The notes beneath the pieces were generated by a model that did no database searches, was not told the DNA's origin, and saw only the letters and a list, made by a program, of their open reading frames with translations. Shown here piece after piece: positions 34,367-45,311 of a stretch of DNA of 64,000 bases. Numbering within the stretch: the first letter of the stretch is position 1; each line of letters opens with the position of its first letter. The position numbers and the translations under genes were made by a program. Where the stretch lies: NCBI GenBank assembly GCA_016197285.1, contig JACPWD010000032.1:80389-144388 (forward strand), given 5' to 3'. This DNA comes from Deltaproteobacteria bacterium (lineage in GTDB: Bacteria > Desulfobacterota > Binatia > Bin18).

Positions 34367-35034
34367 TGAATCTCGTACACACTGTTTATGAGCCGCCGGG
34401 TCCGGGGCCGCATCCGACCTTACTCACATTGCATGGCTGGGGAGCGAACGCCTTCGATCTGCTGGGGCTGGCACCGTATCTGTGCGGTGGCAAATTCCTC
34501 ATCCTTTGCCCTCAAGGACCGCTCCAGGTGCCCATCGGTGGCTCGGCGGTCGGCTACGGATGGTTTCCGTTAAGTATGGGCGGGACCCTCGACGTAAAAT
34601 CTGTTGCCCGAGCGCGGGAGTCGGTGCAGAGCTTTCTTGACGACGCGCAGCAGCGCTATCCGATCGACAGTAAGAAGCTGGCGGTGGTCGGCTTCAGCCA
34701 GGGCGGAGTGATGGCGTACAGCCTCGGGCTCGGGGAACCGGATCGGTTTGCCGGCTTGGCGGCGTTGAGTTCCTGGCTGCCGCGCGATTTGCTGAACATC
34801 CTTCCCGATGTGCCGGCAACCGAGCAACTGCCGGTGCTGGTGCAACACGGTAGCAAAGACCAAGCGATCGATGTCGGACGTGCGCGCCAGTCGGTCGAGA
34901 CGCTCCGCGATCTGCGCGTTCCCGTCACCTATAAAGAGTACGACATGGGGCATGAGCTGAATGCCAACAGCCTGGGCGATCTGTCTTCTTGGCTCGAAGA
35001 AAAAGTGCTGTCGCCGATTGTGTTGGCATCGTAA
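34367..35034 (+). CDS. phospholipase/carboxylesterase-family alpha/beta hydrolase
   Basis: MNLVHTVYEPPGPGPHPTLLTLHGWGANAFD...GFSQGG (nucleophile elbow)...HGSKD. The long ORF 33628-35034 is a run-on; start set at the ATG with an RBS (gggagggacat atg). Confidence 0.85.
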
Positions 35035-35121
35035 AGGGTGCTACGGGCGGCTATCCGGTGGCACTGCTGGCGGTCCAGCAGTGCTGTAGAGCGTTAGGGG
35101 AGAGGGGCGGACGTAAGCCTA

Positions 35122-38100
35122 TGAACTGTCCATCCTGCGATGTTGAGAATCACGCCGGTCGCAAGTTCTGTGTGGAGTGTGGCAGCCGGCTCGCACTGAA
35201 CTGCACGGCTTGTGGCACGTCGTACACGGCTGGCGAGAAGTTCTGTGGCGAGTGCGGCGCGACGCTAGTTTCAAATTCCAAGTTTCAGGTTCCAAGTTCC
35301 CAATCCCCAGCCCCCAACACCCAATCCCTAACCCCTCGAACCCAATCCCCAGCCAGCTACACGCCCAAGCACCTCGTCGACAAGATCCTGCAATCGAAGT
35401 CCGCCCTCGAAGGCGAGCGCAAGCAGGTGACGGTGCTGTTCGCCGACGTGAAAGGGTCGATGGAGTTAGCCGAACAGCTCGACCCTGAAGAGTGGCACCA
35501 GATACTTGATCGTTTCTTTGCGATTCTGACCGACGGCGTGCACCGCTTCGAGGGGACGGTCAACCAGTACACGGGCGACGGTATTATGGCGCTGTTCGGT
35601 GCGCCGATCGCCCATGAGGATCACGCCCAACGCGCCTGTTATGCCGCGCTGCAGTTGCGCGACGAGGTGACTCGCTACGCCACCGAAGTGAAACGCGTAC
35701 ATGGCGTCGGCTTCTCGACTCGCATGGGCCTCAATTCGGGCGAAGTGATCGTCGGCAGGATCGGTGACGATCTACGCATGGATTACACCGCACAAGGTCA
35801 CACCGTGGGACTGGCGCAGCGCATGGAGAGTCTCGCTGAGCCGAACACCTGCTACCTGAGCGCGGCGACGGCACACCTCGTGGCCGGTTTCTTTGCCCTC
35901 GACGACCTGGGTACGTTCCAGGTCAAAGGCGTCTCCGAGCCGGTCGGCGTCTTTGAGCTACGCGGCGCCGGTGCACTGCGCACGCGCTTCGAGGTGGCGC
36001 GCGCCCGTGGGCTCTCGCGCTTCGTGGGCCGCGATACCGACATGCAAGCGCTAGAAGATGCGTTGGCGCAAGCGCAGGCCGGCAACGGCCAGGTCGTGGG
36101 CCTTGTCGCCCCGGCCGGCACCGGCAAGAGCCGTCTGGGGTTTGAGTTTCTCGAACGCTGCCGAACGCGGGGGCTGACCGTCAATGTGGGCAGAGCCGTC
36201 GCCCACGGCAAGCACATCCCCTTCCTGCCGATGCTTGAGGTGTTTCGTAGCTACTACGGCATTACGGAAGCCGATCCCGACCGCGTGGTACGCGAGAAGA
36301 TCGCCGGCCGTCTGCTGCTAATTGACGAGAGTTTCCGCGAGCTGCTCCCGGTGGTGTTCGAGTTCTTCGGCGTGACTGATCCGCAGCGCCCACCGCCGCG
36401 CATGGACCCCGAGGCCAAGCAGCGCCAACTCTTCGCGGTGCTGCGCAAGGTCATCCGCGCCAGCAACGTCGAAAACCCGCCGATCATGCTGATTGAGGAT
36501 CTCCACTGGATCGACGCCGGCAGTGAAGCGTTCCTGGAGCAGTGGGTGGACGCGATCGCCGGCAGCCGTGCCCTGCTGCTGGTGGCCTTTCGCCCGGAGT
36601 ACCACGCGACCTGGATGAGCAAGTCGTACTACCGGCAGATTCCCTTGGCGCCGCTGGGACCCGAGGCAGTGCACGCGCTGCTCGATGACCTGCTCGGTCA
36701 CGATGCGAGCCTTGCCGGATTGGCCACGATGATCCACGGACGCACCGGCGGCAATCCCTTCTTTACGGAGGAAGTCGTCCAGTCGCTCATCGAGTCGGGT
36801 GCCCTCAACGGGACGCGTGGCAGCTACCGGTTGGGGACGCCGATCACCCAGCTCCAAGTTCCGCCCACGGTGCAGGCCCTCCTTTCCGCCCGTATCGATC
36901 GACTCGGGGAGTGGGAGAAGCATGTCCTGCAGGCGGCGGCGGTGATTGGCAAGGATTTCTCCGAACCGATTTTGCAACGCGTTTTGTCCGATGTAGGGGC
37001 GCACGGCTGTGCGCCCTCCGATCTTGCGACGGCGTTGCGCACGCTGAAGGACGCTGAGTTCATCTTTGAGCAGTCGCTGTATCCGGTGGCGGAGTACGCC
37101 TTCAAGCATCCGCTGACGCAAGAGGTGGCGCTGGGCTCGCAGCTTCAGGAGCGACGCCGACGCACACATGCGGCCGTGGCCCACGCGCTCGTCGAGGCGC
37201 AGGCGGATCGGCTGGACGAGAGCGCCGCGCTGCTGGCGCATCACTACGAGGAAGCGGGAGAGACCGGCGCTGCCGCGCTGCGCTGCGGGACGCGTGCGTA
37301 TCTGACGCTTGCGCACGCTTGGTGTGGACAGTTGCGGGAAGCGGAACGCGTCGCCGACGAGATCATCGAGCTGGCCCGCGAAGATCCGCACCTGGGTGCC
37401 TCTGTGGCGGGTTTCAGTCCTTTGCTCGCGGCACGCTACGTCCGCTCTCGCTGCATCGGTTTCACACGCGACCCCGCGACGCTCCTGCGTGAGATTCCGC
37501 TCCTGCGCCAGTTGGCTTTGGACAGCGGCTACCCGGAACCGGCGCTGTGGGCGTTGTCTTTTGGAGCGGAGTTCAAATACGCGCTTGACAGCTGCGATGG
37601 CACGCGGGCGCTGGCGCAAGCCGCAGCACGGCTGGCGGAGCACCTCGGCGTCGGCAATGAGATCTGGGCAGCTCTCGCCCAGTGCGCTGCGCTCGCCTGC
37701 GAGCGCGAGTGGCAACCCGTGCTGGACACGGCCGGTGACGCGCTGCGTTTGATCCGTGAGCGAGGCGCCGCGCGGCTGGCCGAGCCGAATTTCCTGGCGC
37801 ATATCGGTGCTGCGCAGCTCGCGCTCGGCAACCTGGAGGCGGGCCGTGCGGCGGCGGCAGAGGGCGTCGTGTTCATGCGCGAATCAAAGGGCGCGTGGAG
37901 CCCGCACAGCTACGCGGTGCTCGCCCGCGCCCAGCTCGCACTGGACGAGCCGGAGGCCGACATCGCCAGCACGCTCGACGAGTACGCGGCGCTGCTGGAG
38001 CGCACGGAGTTTCACCTCTTCGAGGGCGAGCTGTACGAGCTGCGGGCGCGGCTGGCCGAGCGTGAAGGCCGCGAGGCCGAAAAGGTTGTGGCCTTGCAGC

Positions 38101-38171
38101 GCGCTTATGACTGTTACACCCGCTTCGGCATGACCGCCCACGCCGAGCGGGTGGCGCAGGAGATCGCTTGA
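35122..38171 (+). CDS. multidomain signalling protein: double zinc ribbon, class III adenylyl/guanylyl cyclase domain, AAA+/STAND ATPase, TPR-like C-terminus
   Basis: MNCPSCDVENHAGRKFCVECGSRLALNCTACGT..KFCGECG (double zinc ribbon). ...VTVLFADVKGSMEL...YTGDGIMALFGAP (cyclase homology domain). ...VGLVAPAGTGKSRL (P-loop). C-terminal 400 aa is alpha-helical and repeat-rich. Confidence 0.85.
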
Positions 38172-38314
38172 TTGGGGGCCACTGCTGGGCAAGCCCAATG
38201 TTGTTCGGAATAATTGTGTCGCATTCCTGCACCAAATGAAGCTGACTGCAAGCCGGAAAAAATCCCGGACAGTATTGGGGCAAGCCAGCAGTGAGAGATC
38301 ACTATTCAGCATCT

Positions 38315-39205
38315 TTATGCCATTGACCCGCGCAGGAACGCCTGTACCTCTGCCAAAAACCGCTCAAGCTGATCATGGTGCACCCAATGTCCGGCATTGG
38401 GCACGTTCACGACCTTGACCTTTTGGAATGCGCTAGCGCGGCCGTCGGCGAGTGGATCGGATGCCCATGATTCCTCGCCGCGAAACAGCAGGGTCGGGCA
38501 AGTAATCCTTCCCCAAATTTCCCGCGCGTCGGCCACATTGAAACGGTAGGGCGACTGTGCGCGGACGTAATTGTCGAACTTCCAGGTATAGGTGCCGTCT
38601 TCGTTGCGGTGCGTGCCGTGGACCGTCAGATGATAGGCTTGCTCTGCCGAGAGCCGGGTATTCGCGTCTTGCATGCGCTTCACCGCTTCGTCGAGGGTTT
38701 TGTACAGACGGGGCTGACGACCGGCGAGGTCGCGCATTTGCGAGATCCAGAGTTGCATGCGTTCGTGAGCGTAGTTCGATTGCTGCTGAAGCATATGCGG
38801 CGGCGGCCCCAGCCCTTCGATGGCCACGACCTTGGCGACTTTCTCGGGATAGACGCCGCTGTATTGCAGCACGATGCCACCGCCTAGCGAGTGACCGATC
38901 AACGTGACCGGGAAAGCGTCAAGTTGCGAAAGCATCTGGGCGAGATCCACCACGTACTCGACCATGGCGTATTCGCTGCCGCGCGCCCACTCGGAGTCCC
39001 CGTGTCCACGGAGGTCGGGAACGATCACGTGATAGTCGTCACGCAGGGCCAGCGCCACCCAGTCCCAGTTGCGGGCATGATCCCTTCCACCATGCACGAG
39101 CACGATGAGCGGTTTGTCCGGGTTGCCCCAATCGACGTAATGGAGCTTGAGGCGTTGCGAGTAAAAGTAATGGGAAGTCGGTCCGATAATCTGTTGTCCA
39201 GCCAT
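38315..39205 (-). CDS. alpha/beta hydrolase (epoxide hydrolase/haloalkane dehalogenase-like)
   Basis: MAGQQIIGP...LIVLVHGGRDHARNWDWVA...IGHSLGGGI...AGHWVHHDQ. The ORF 38315-39565 N-terminal extension has no similarity; start set at 39205. Confidence 0.85.
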   Translation of the reverse strand: MAGQQIIGPTSHYFYSQRLKLHYVDWGNPDKPLIVLVHGGRDHARNWDWVALALRDDYHVIVPDLRGHGDSEWARGSEYAMVEYVVDLAQMLSQLDAFPVTLIGHSLGGGIVLQYSGVYPEKVAKVVAIEGLGPPPHMLQQQSNYAHERMQLWISQMRDLAGRQPRLYKTLDEAVKRMQDANTRLSAEQAYHLTVHGTHRNEDGTYTWKFDNYVRAQSPYRFNVADAREIWGRITCPTLLFRGEESWASDPLADGRASAFQKVKVVNVPNAGHWVHHDQLERFLAEVQAFLRGSMA

Positions 39206-39340
39206 GTCCTCGCCTTTCTTGCGTCGGATTGTAACGATAGAGGCGCGAGCGCGGCAAGTGCGGAGCGGCAACAGAACGTTTCCGCTCGGGCCGACTTGAG
39301 CGCAAGGAAACCTCGCGTGTATAGATAACCGAGAAGGAGG

Positions 39341-40096
39341 ATGGCGATTATGGCTCGACTCGAAGGAAAAGTAGCACTCATTTCTGGCGCGGCGCGTGGC
39401 ATGGGCGAATGTGAGGCGCGGTTGTTCGTGCGTGAAGGGGCAAAGGTGGTCTTTGGCGATGTCCTCGATGAAGCTGGACACCAGGTCGCGAAAGACCTGG
39501 CCCAGCACGGAGGATCGGCGACCTACCTGCATCTGGATGTGACAGCGGAGAGTCAGTGGCAACAAGCGGTAGAGACTGCTGAGCGCGTCTACGGGAAGCT
39601 CGACATCCTGGTGAATAACGCTGGCATCGTGCGCATGGCACCGCTGGATGAGACGAGTTTAGACGCCTGGAATGAAGTCATTAACGTGAATCAAACCGGT
39701 GTCTTCCTAGGCATGAAACACGCGATCCCCGCCATGCGACGGGCGGGAGGCGGGTCGATCGTGAACATTTCGTCGGTGGCTGGTCTGGTGGGGCTGCCCA
39801 ATATCCCTGCGTATCAGGCGAGCAAAGGCGCGGTGCGATTGCTGACGAAGAACGCGGCGGTGCAGTACGCCAAGGACAAGATCCGGGTGAATTCCATTCA
39901 TCCTGGCCGTATCGAGACGCCCATGACAGCAAACCTCACTCCAGAACGACGGGCGATGGTCCTGGACCTGACTCCGTTAGGGAGAGATGGAAAACCGGAA
40001 GAAGTCGCCTACGGTGTGTTGTATTTGGCTTGCGACGAATCGTCGTTTGTCACGGGAGCGGAGTTGGTGATCGATGGCGGGTTCACTGCCCGGTGA
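39341..40096 (+). CDS. SDR-family oxidoreductase
   Basis: ...VALISGAARGMGE... (TGxxxGxG), NNAG, Y-x3-K (...YQASKGAV...). Confidence 0.9.
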   Translation: MAIMARLEGKVALISGAARGMGECEARLFVREGAKVVFGDVLDEAGHQVAKDLAQHGGSATYLHLDVTAESQWQQAVETAERVYGKLDILVNNAGIVRMAPLDETSLDAWNEVINVNQTGVFLGMKHAIPAMRRAGGGSIVNISSVAGLVGLPNIPAYQASKGAVRLLTKNAAVQYAKDKIRVNSIHPGRIETPMTANLTPERRAMVLDLTPLGRDGKPEEVAYGVLYLACDESSFVTGAELVIDGGFTAR

Positions 40097-40178
40097 GGAG
40101 AGAGTGGCGTTCCCCTTTCCTGGTACGAGAAGGGGGAACTGGAAAGTCGAGCTAGTAGTTTGTTCGAGAAAATAGGAG

Positions 40179-40276
40179 GGGTTGTCATTCCGAGCCGTAA
40201 TGCAATGGAGGCGAGGAATCTCGTGTTGGTCCTGCTCCTTTGAGATTCCTCGTCGCTGCGCTCCTCGGAATGACAC
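40179..40276. repeat. MITE-like palindromic repeat, family B (second copy)
   Basis: gttgtcattccgagccgtaatgcaatggaggcgaggaatctcgtgttggtcctgctcctttgagattcctcgtcgctgcgctcctcggaatgaca, matching 23569-23666. Confidence 0.8.
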
Positions 40277-40301
40277 CCCTTAGCATTCCCCGGATAGATT
40301 A

Positions 40302-41270
40302 CTATCCCTTGGTCTTCTTGATCTCTTCCGTCAACTCGGGAACGGATTTGAAGAGGTCGGCCACGAGGCCGTAGTCCGCCACGCTGAAGATCGGGGCGTC
40401 AGGATCTTTGTTAATGGCAACAATGACCTTGGAATCCTTCATGCCGGCGAGATGCTGAATGGCGCCGGAGATGCCGATGGCGAAGTAGAGTTCCGGGGCC
40501 ACGACCTTGCCGGTCTGTCCGACTTGCAGGTCATTGGGTACGAACCCGGCATCCACCGCAGCGCGGCTGGCGCCCATTGCAGCGCCTAGCACATCAACCA
40601 GCGGTTCTAAGTAGACGGTAAAATTCTCGCCGGATTTCAGCCCGCGACCGCCGGACACCACGATGCGCGCTTCGGTCAGGTTTGGGCGATCCGACTTGGT
40701 TTCGCTGAAATCGACGAACTGCATCTTCTTGGCGGAAGCGTCGAGAGAAACACTGACTTTCTCCACAGCGCCTTGCCCACTCGGCTGCGCGGCATCGAAG
40801 GCTGTGCCGCGAACGGAGACGACTTTGACGGCGTCTTCGAGCGCGACTGTGGCCAAGACGTTGCCAGCATACATCGGCCGTAGGAACGTGCCGTCGGCAT
40901 TGATACCGACAATGTCGGTTGCCATGCCGACTCCCAGACGAGCCGCCACGCGCGGAAGCAGATCTTTGCCGATGGCTGTGGAGGTTGCGAGTACAAGAGA
41001 GACATCGTTGGCTTTAATGACCTGTTCGAGCGTAGCCGCATAGGCGTCCGCTAGATAGTTCGCCAGGGCGGGATCGTCGGCGGCCAGGGCTTTGGTCACG
41101 CCATAACCGGCGATCTCCTGCGCGAGAGCATCAACGCCGGAGCCTAGGACTGCTGCGAGACAATTGCCGCCGAGTTTGCTCGCGGCCTCCTTTCCCGCTT
41201 GGACGGCAATCAGCGTACTTTTGGGAAATTTACCTTTTTGATGTTCTGCAAAAACAAGCACGTTGCCCAT
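40302..41270 (-). CDS. etfA: electron transfer flavoprotein alpha subunit
   Basis: 322 aa, FAD-binding C-terminal domain ...[27 protein letters not shown].... Confidence 0.93.
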   Translation of the reverse strand: MGNVLVFAEHQKGKFPKSTLIAVQAGKEAASKLGGNCLAAVLGSGVDALAQEIAGYGVTKALAADDPALANYLADAYAATLEQVIKANDVSLVLATSTAIGKDLLPRVAARLGVGMATDIVGINADGTFLRPMYAGNVLATVALEDAVKVVSVRGTAFDAAQPSGQGAVEKVSVSLDASAKKMQFVDFSETKSDRPNLTEARIVVSGGRGLKSGENFTVYLEPLVDVLGAAMGASRAAVDAGFVPNDLQVGQTGKVVAPELYFAIGISGAIQHLAGMKDSKVIVAINKDPDAPIFSVADYGLVADLFKSVPELTEEIKKTKG

Positions 41271-41279
41271 AGTTGCTCC

Positions 41280-42035
41280 TTAAATGACTTTCGCCTCGGT
41301 ATGGAGGAGATCGAGCAGGGCTCGAACGGTTTCGACCTTCTTTCCGCCTTCTTTCTTCTTCGGCGGCTCCATCTTCACGATCTTGAGTCGTGGGGTAATG
41401 TCGGCACCGAGGTCGCCGACCGGGATTTCTTTGATCTCTTTTTTCCTGGCTTTCATGATGCCGGGAAGCGAAGCGTAGCGCGGCTCGTTGAGACGGAGAT
41501 CGGCAGTAATAATAGCGGGGAGCGAGAACCCAATGGTTTCCAGACCGCCGTCGACCTCGCGAGTCACGGTCGCGGATTTTTGGTCTGCCCCGAATTCGAT
41601 CTTCGAGGCGAAGGTGCCTTGCGGCCACTCAAGCAACGCAGCGAGCATCTGCCCGGCTTGGTTGGAGTCGTCGTCGATCGCTTGCTTGCCCATCAGCACC
41701 AATTCGGGGTTTTCTTTTTCCACGAGCTTGGCGAGCAGCTTCGCGACGGCAAGAGAATCGAGTGCCTGCTCGCACAGGACGAGAATGGCGCGATCCGCCC
41801 CCATGGCTAGGCCGGTACGGAGCTGTTCGGAGACCGACTTGCCGCCGATGCTGACGAGCACCACTTCGCCTGGGCCGTGTTTCTCTTTGATGCGCAGCGC
41901 CTCTTCAATAGCGATTTCATCGAACGGATTAATGACGTATTTGATATTGTCGGTGACAATGCCGGACCCGTCAGGTTTAACCCGGATCGTGGTCTCCGGG
42001 TCGGGGACCCGTTTGACCGTCACGAGTGTTTTCAC
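41280..42035 (-). CDS. etfB: electron transfer flavoprotein beta subunit
   Basis: MKTLVTVKRVPDPETTIRV... 251 aa, directly upstream of etfA. Confidence 0.93.
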   Translation of the reverse strand: MKTLVTVKRVPDPETTIRVKPDGSGIVTDNIKYVINPFDEIAIEEALRIKEKHGPGEVVLVSIGGKSVSEQLRTGLAMGADRAILVLCEQALDSLAVAKLLAKLVEKENPELVLMGKQAIDDDSNQAGQMLAALLEWPQGTFASKIEFGADQKSATVTREVDGGLETIGFSLPAIITADLRLNEPRYASLPGIMKARKKEIKEIPVGDLGADITPRLKIVKMEPPKKKEGGKKVETVRALLDLLHTEAKVI

Positions 42036-42134
42036 GGGGATAGTCCTCCTAGAGTGGGAAATTCGATTGGGGGCGAGTTAAAAGACCGCCCCTAATTCAT
42101 CGCGTCGTTCCGCCGGTGTCAAGGACTGACAGCG

Positions 42135-42914
42135 TTATCCGTTGTTGTAGCCGAGGCGGTTCGAGAGGTCACGCCCCGCTTTGGTCACGAGCGGGATGAT
42201 CTCGTTCTGGATGCGCTCATCTTGAATCCGATAGGCTGGGCCGCTAATGGCAAGGCTGCCCACGACCGTGCGCGTGTAGTCCTTGATGGGCACGGCAACC
42301 GAATGGACATCGGTCTGATACTCGCCATGGTCAACGGCGTAGCCGCAAGCGGCGATGCCTTGGAGCTGTTCCGTGAGCCGGTCGCGGTCGGTGATGGTGT
42401 GCGCGGTATATTGCGCGAGGGTCTCCGCAAGGGAGCGTTGGAGTTCTTCCGCCGGCTCAAAGGCCAGGTGGACTTTCCCTGCCGCCGTGCAATGCAGCGG
42501 AAGATTCTCCCCGATATGCGACACGATCCGCACGGGCAGGTCCGACTCGACCACTTCGAGGGGCACGACTTGTCCTTTCCGCATGACTGCCACAAACGCG
42601 CTTTCATGGCAGGTTTTCATAACTTCGAGCATGATTGGGCGGGCTTGTTGGAGCAGGCCCATATGCTGAATGTAGGTCTGGCCCATTTGCAGACATTTCG
42701 TTCCTAAGCGATAGTTCTCCGTGGAACGGTTTTGTTCGATGTAGCTGCGGGATTCGAGGGTAGCCAAAATCCGAAAGACATTGTTCTTGTGGAGCTTTAG
42801 GCGTTTGCTCAGCTCAGTGACGCCGAGTTCTCCGTCCGTGTGGAATTGTTCGAGGACGTCGAGGGCATGAGCAACCGCTTGGATCATATAGTTGCTTTTT
42901 TCGCGTCGAACCAT
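42135..42914 (-). CDS. IclR-family transcriptional regulator
   Basis: N-terminal wHTH (…LGVTELSKRLKLHKNNVFRILATLE…) plus C-terminal IclR effector domain. Confidence 0.88.
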   Translation of the reverse strand: MVRREKSNYMIQAVAHALDVLEQFHTDGELGVTELSKRLKLHKNNVFRILATLESRSYIEQNRSTENYRLGTKCLQMGQTYIQHMGLLQQARPIMLEVMKTCHESAFVAVMRKGQVVPLEVVESDLPVRIVSHIGENLPLHCTAAGKVHLAFEPAEELQRSLAETLAQYTAHTITDRDRLTEQLQGIAACGYAVDHGEYQTDVHSVAVPIKDYTRTVVGSLAISGPAYRIQDERIQNEIIPLVTKAGRDLSNRLGYNNG

Positions 42915-42979
42915 GGATCCTCCTTAGCTGGTCGCCGGGAGCAAAAAACGTTTTAATCTATAACGGACAATGACGCTTT

Positions 42980-43807
42980 TTGTCAACACGGTTCTATAAA
43001 CGCACGGCTTGCAAGTTGTCCGACTCTTCAGTAAGTGAGGAAGCGGTGAAGGCAATGAAAGATGACGCGGTATTTGAGCTGTTGAACCCCATTGGGAACT
43101 CTTCCCTTGTTTTAACCTGTGAACATGCGTCTTATGCTGTGCCGGAGCGGTACGGCAACTTGGGAATCGGCGACGAAGAAATCCGTCGCCACATTGGTTG
43201 GGACATTGGCGCGCGGTGGGTCGTCGAGGCCCTCTCCCTCGCGCTTGATGCCCCTGCGGTCTGTTCCGGCTATTCCCGCCTCTTGATCGACTGCAACCGC
43301 GACGTGTCCGACCATGATCTTATCGTCAGCGAGAGCGATGGCGCGCGGATTCAGGGCAATCGGCAGGTCTCGGATACCGAACGAGAGCAGCGGATCGCGG
43401 AATTCTACGATCCCTATCATGCCGCCATCGACCGATTGCTGCATGAACGCAGGGAACGGGAGACTGTGCTGCTGAGCATTCACAGCTTCACCCCGGTCCT
43501 CGGGAAGAAAGAACGACCGTTCGAGCTTGGGGTGCTCTTCGATAAGTACGAAGACGTGGCTCAGGAAGTCGGCCAGCGTCTCCATCGGAAAGAGTACCGG
43601 GTGCGCTATAACGAACCTTACTCGGGCATGGATGGTCTGATCTTTAGCGCTCGGAGTCACGGCGAGCGGCACGGACTCGTTTATCTCGAACTAGAAATCA
43701 ATAACGGCATTATCGCTCGACCGGAGCAGGCCACCCGCGTGGGCCGCATCGTGGGAGAGACGTTGCAGACGCTCTTTCCTGGCTTGCGTCACGACGGGGA
43801 GCCGTAA
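42980..43807 (+). CDS. N-formylglutamate amidohydrolase-family protein
   Basis: ...LVLTCEHASYAVPERYGNLG...LLIDCNRD...LSIHSFTP... FGase family motifs. Confidence 0.75.
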   Translation: MSTRFYKRTACKLSDSSVSEEAVKAMKDDAVFELLNPIGNSSLVLTCEHASYAVPERYGNLGIGDEEIRRHIGWDIGARWVVEALSLALDAPAVCSGYSRLLIDCNRDVSDHDLIVSESDGARIQGNRQVSDTEREQRIAEFYDPYHAAIDRLLHERRERETVLLSIHSFTPVLGKKERPFELGVLFDKYEDVAQEVGQRLHRKEYRVRYNEPYSGMDGLIFSARSHGERHGLVYLELEINNGIIARPEQATRVGRIVGETLQTLFPGLRHDGEP

Positions 43808-43834
43808 AAATAAAGAGAAAAGAAGGGAGAAGTC

Positions 43835-44749
43835 ATGAAGATCATTCTTCTCGGGCAAGCTGCATTTGCCGAAAAGACGTTAGAGAAACTGGCGGGAAAA
43901 GGCGAAGAGGTACTGGCCGTCTTTTGTCCGCCCGATGCGCCAGGGGGGAAGTTCGACCCGGTGAAACAGCGCGCTTTGCAAATGGGCATTCCCGTCCATC
44001 AGCATAAAACCCTCAAGACGCCGGAAGTGCTTGAGCAGTTTACGGCTTTGCAGGCAGACCTCGCCATCTTAGCGTTCGTGACGCAAATCGTACCGCCGCC
44101 GGTGTTTACCGCCCCGCGATTCGGCAGCATTTGTTTCCATCCCTCGCTGCTGCCCAAATATCGCGGGCGCAGTGCCATCAACTGGGCGCTGATCAACGGC
44201 GAGAAGACCACCGGGATTTCCCTGTTCTGGGTCGATCAAGGGATCGATACCGGCCCGCTCCTCCTGACCAAGGAAGTAGAGGTCGATCCCGACGAGACCA
44301 CTGGCACGATTTACTTCAATAAACTCTTCCCTGTTGGCATTGAGGCGATTGCCGAGGCGGTCGAGCTCATTAAAGCCGGCAATCCCCCGCGTATTGTCCA
44401 AGACGAGTCTCTGGCCAATTACGATCCCCCGTGCGGCGATGAGCACGCGCGCATCGAGTGGACGAAACCCGCGCAGACTGTGTATAACCTGATCCGTGGG
44501 TGCGATCCGCAACCTGGGGCACATGCGACTTGGCAAGGTAAGATGGTGCGCTTCTACGATTGCCGTCTGCGAAGCGAGGCGACGACGGCGGCTCCCGGTC
44601 AGGTTGTGGAGGTCGGAGCGGAAGATGTGAACATTGCCGCCCCCGGTGGCGTGATTGTCGCGAAGAAAATGCGCGGCGAAGGCGGGAAGATTGCCGGGGC
44701 GGAATTTGCCAAGCAGTCTGGCCTGACGGTCGGGGCTCAATTTTCTTGA
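43835..44749 (+). CDS. formyltransferase-family protein (Fmt-like, N- and C-terminal domains)
   Basis: ...SICFHPSLLPKYRGRSAINWALINGEKTTGISLFWVDQGIDTGP... formyl-transferase catalytic motif (His, Asp). Confidence 0.8.
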   Translation: MKIILLGQAAFAEKTLEKLAGKGEEVLAVFCPPDAPGGKFDPVKQRALQMGIPVHQHKTLKTPEVLEQFTALQADLAILAFVTQIVPPPVFTAPRFGSICFHPSLLPKYRGRSAINWALINGEKTTGISLFWVDQGIDTGPLLLTKEVEVDPDETTGTIYFNKLFPVGIEAIAEAVELIKAGNPPRIVQDESLANYDPPCGDEHARIEWTKPAQTVYNLIRGCDPQPGAHATWQGKMVRFYDCRLRSEATTAAPGQVVEVGAEDVNIAAPGGVIVAKKMRGEGGKIAGAEFAKQSGLTVGAQFS

Positions 44750-45264
44750 GACGCCGCCGTTTCAAGGGTGCTGAACTCCAATTCGACCAGGAGCTGACCC
44801 AGCTCGACTAAATCGCCGGGGGAGATGTGAATCTTCTTCACGTGTCCAGTGCCCTCGGCCTTCAGTGCGTTTTCCATTTTCATGGCTTCGAGCAAGACGA
44901 GGGTTTGTCCGGCTTCGACTTGCGCCCCCGCTTGCACAAGCACTTGGAGGATTTTGCCCGGCATGGGAGAGCGGATCTCTGGATCGAGCCTACCAGCGTC
45001 TCGGGTACTGAATTTCGCCTTTTTCTCTGGCGCGTGGGAGAATTCGTAGACCCGCCCTTCGATAGAGACGAGGGTGCGTTGTCCGTCTCGTGCGAGGTGG
45101 GCGCGAAGTGGTTTGTCGTTTACTAGCAGCGTGAGCGAGCCATCCAGCGCGGCGAGGAGCCGGGCTTGCACAGGCTGTCCGTCGATGACGACGGCGTAAT
45201 CGTCCCCCTTCTTGTCGTACTCGACCGTCAGCGATCGTCCGCCGGAATGCAAAGTCGTTTTCAT
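44737..45264 (-). CDS. biotin carboxyl carrier / biotinyl-domain protein (BT-like N-region + biotin attachment EAMKM)
   Basis: ...GQTLVLLEAMKMENALKAEG... biotinylation motif; 175 aa. Confidence 0.85.
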   Translation of the reverse strand: MKTTLHSGGRSLTVEYDKKGDDYAVVIDGQPVQARLLAALDGSLTLLVNDKPLRAHLARDGQRTLVSIEGRVYEFSHAPEKKAKFSTRDAGRLDPEIRSPMPGKILQVLVQAGAQVEAGQTLVLLEAMKMENALKAEGTGHVKKIHISPGDLVELGQLLVELEFSTLETAASQEN

Positions 45265-45311
45265 CGCTCCATCTCTTTTGCTCTTTCAAAAGTCCGGGAC
45301 TAGCGGGAAGG

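Noticed and set aside
33628-35034. 468-aa ORF spanning the ampG 3' end, terminator and esterase
   Set aside because: Run-on open frame across a strong terminator. Only the part from the ATG at 34367 (RBS-preceded) is carboxylesterase-like.
35270-35350. ccaag/ccaat microsatellite-like DNA that also resembles a short motif at 54716-54740 (ccaaagttcaaagttccaagg)
   Set aside because: The first is the coding low-complexity linker of the cyclase protein. The second is part of a terminator hairpin region (ggcaaaag…cttttgcc) between two minus-strand genes. Similarity is too short to call a repeat family.
36318-37802. 494-aa minus-strand ORF
   Set aside because: Antisense to the cyclase-AAA-TPR gene. 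Arg/Gln/Leu-rich with no domain signatures.
38172-38314. Possible hairpin attgggggccactgctgggcaagcccaat between convergent genes
   Set aside because: Stem only 6 bp with a 17-nt loop and no T-run. Too weak to call a terminator.
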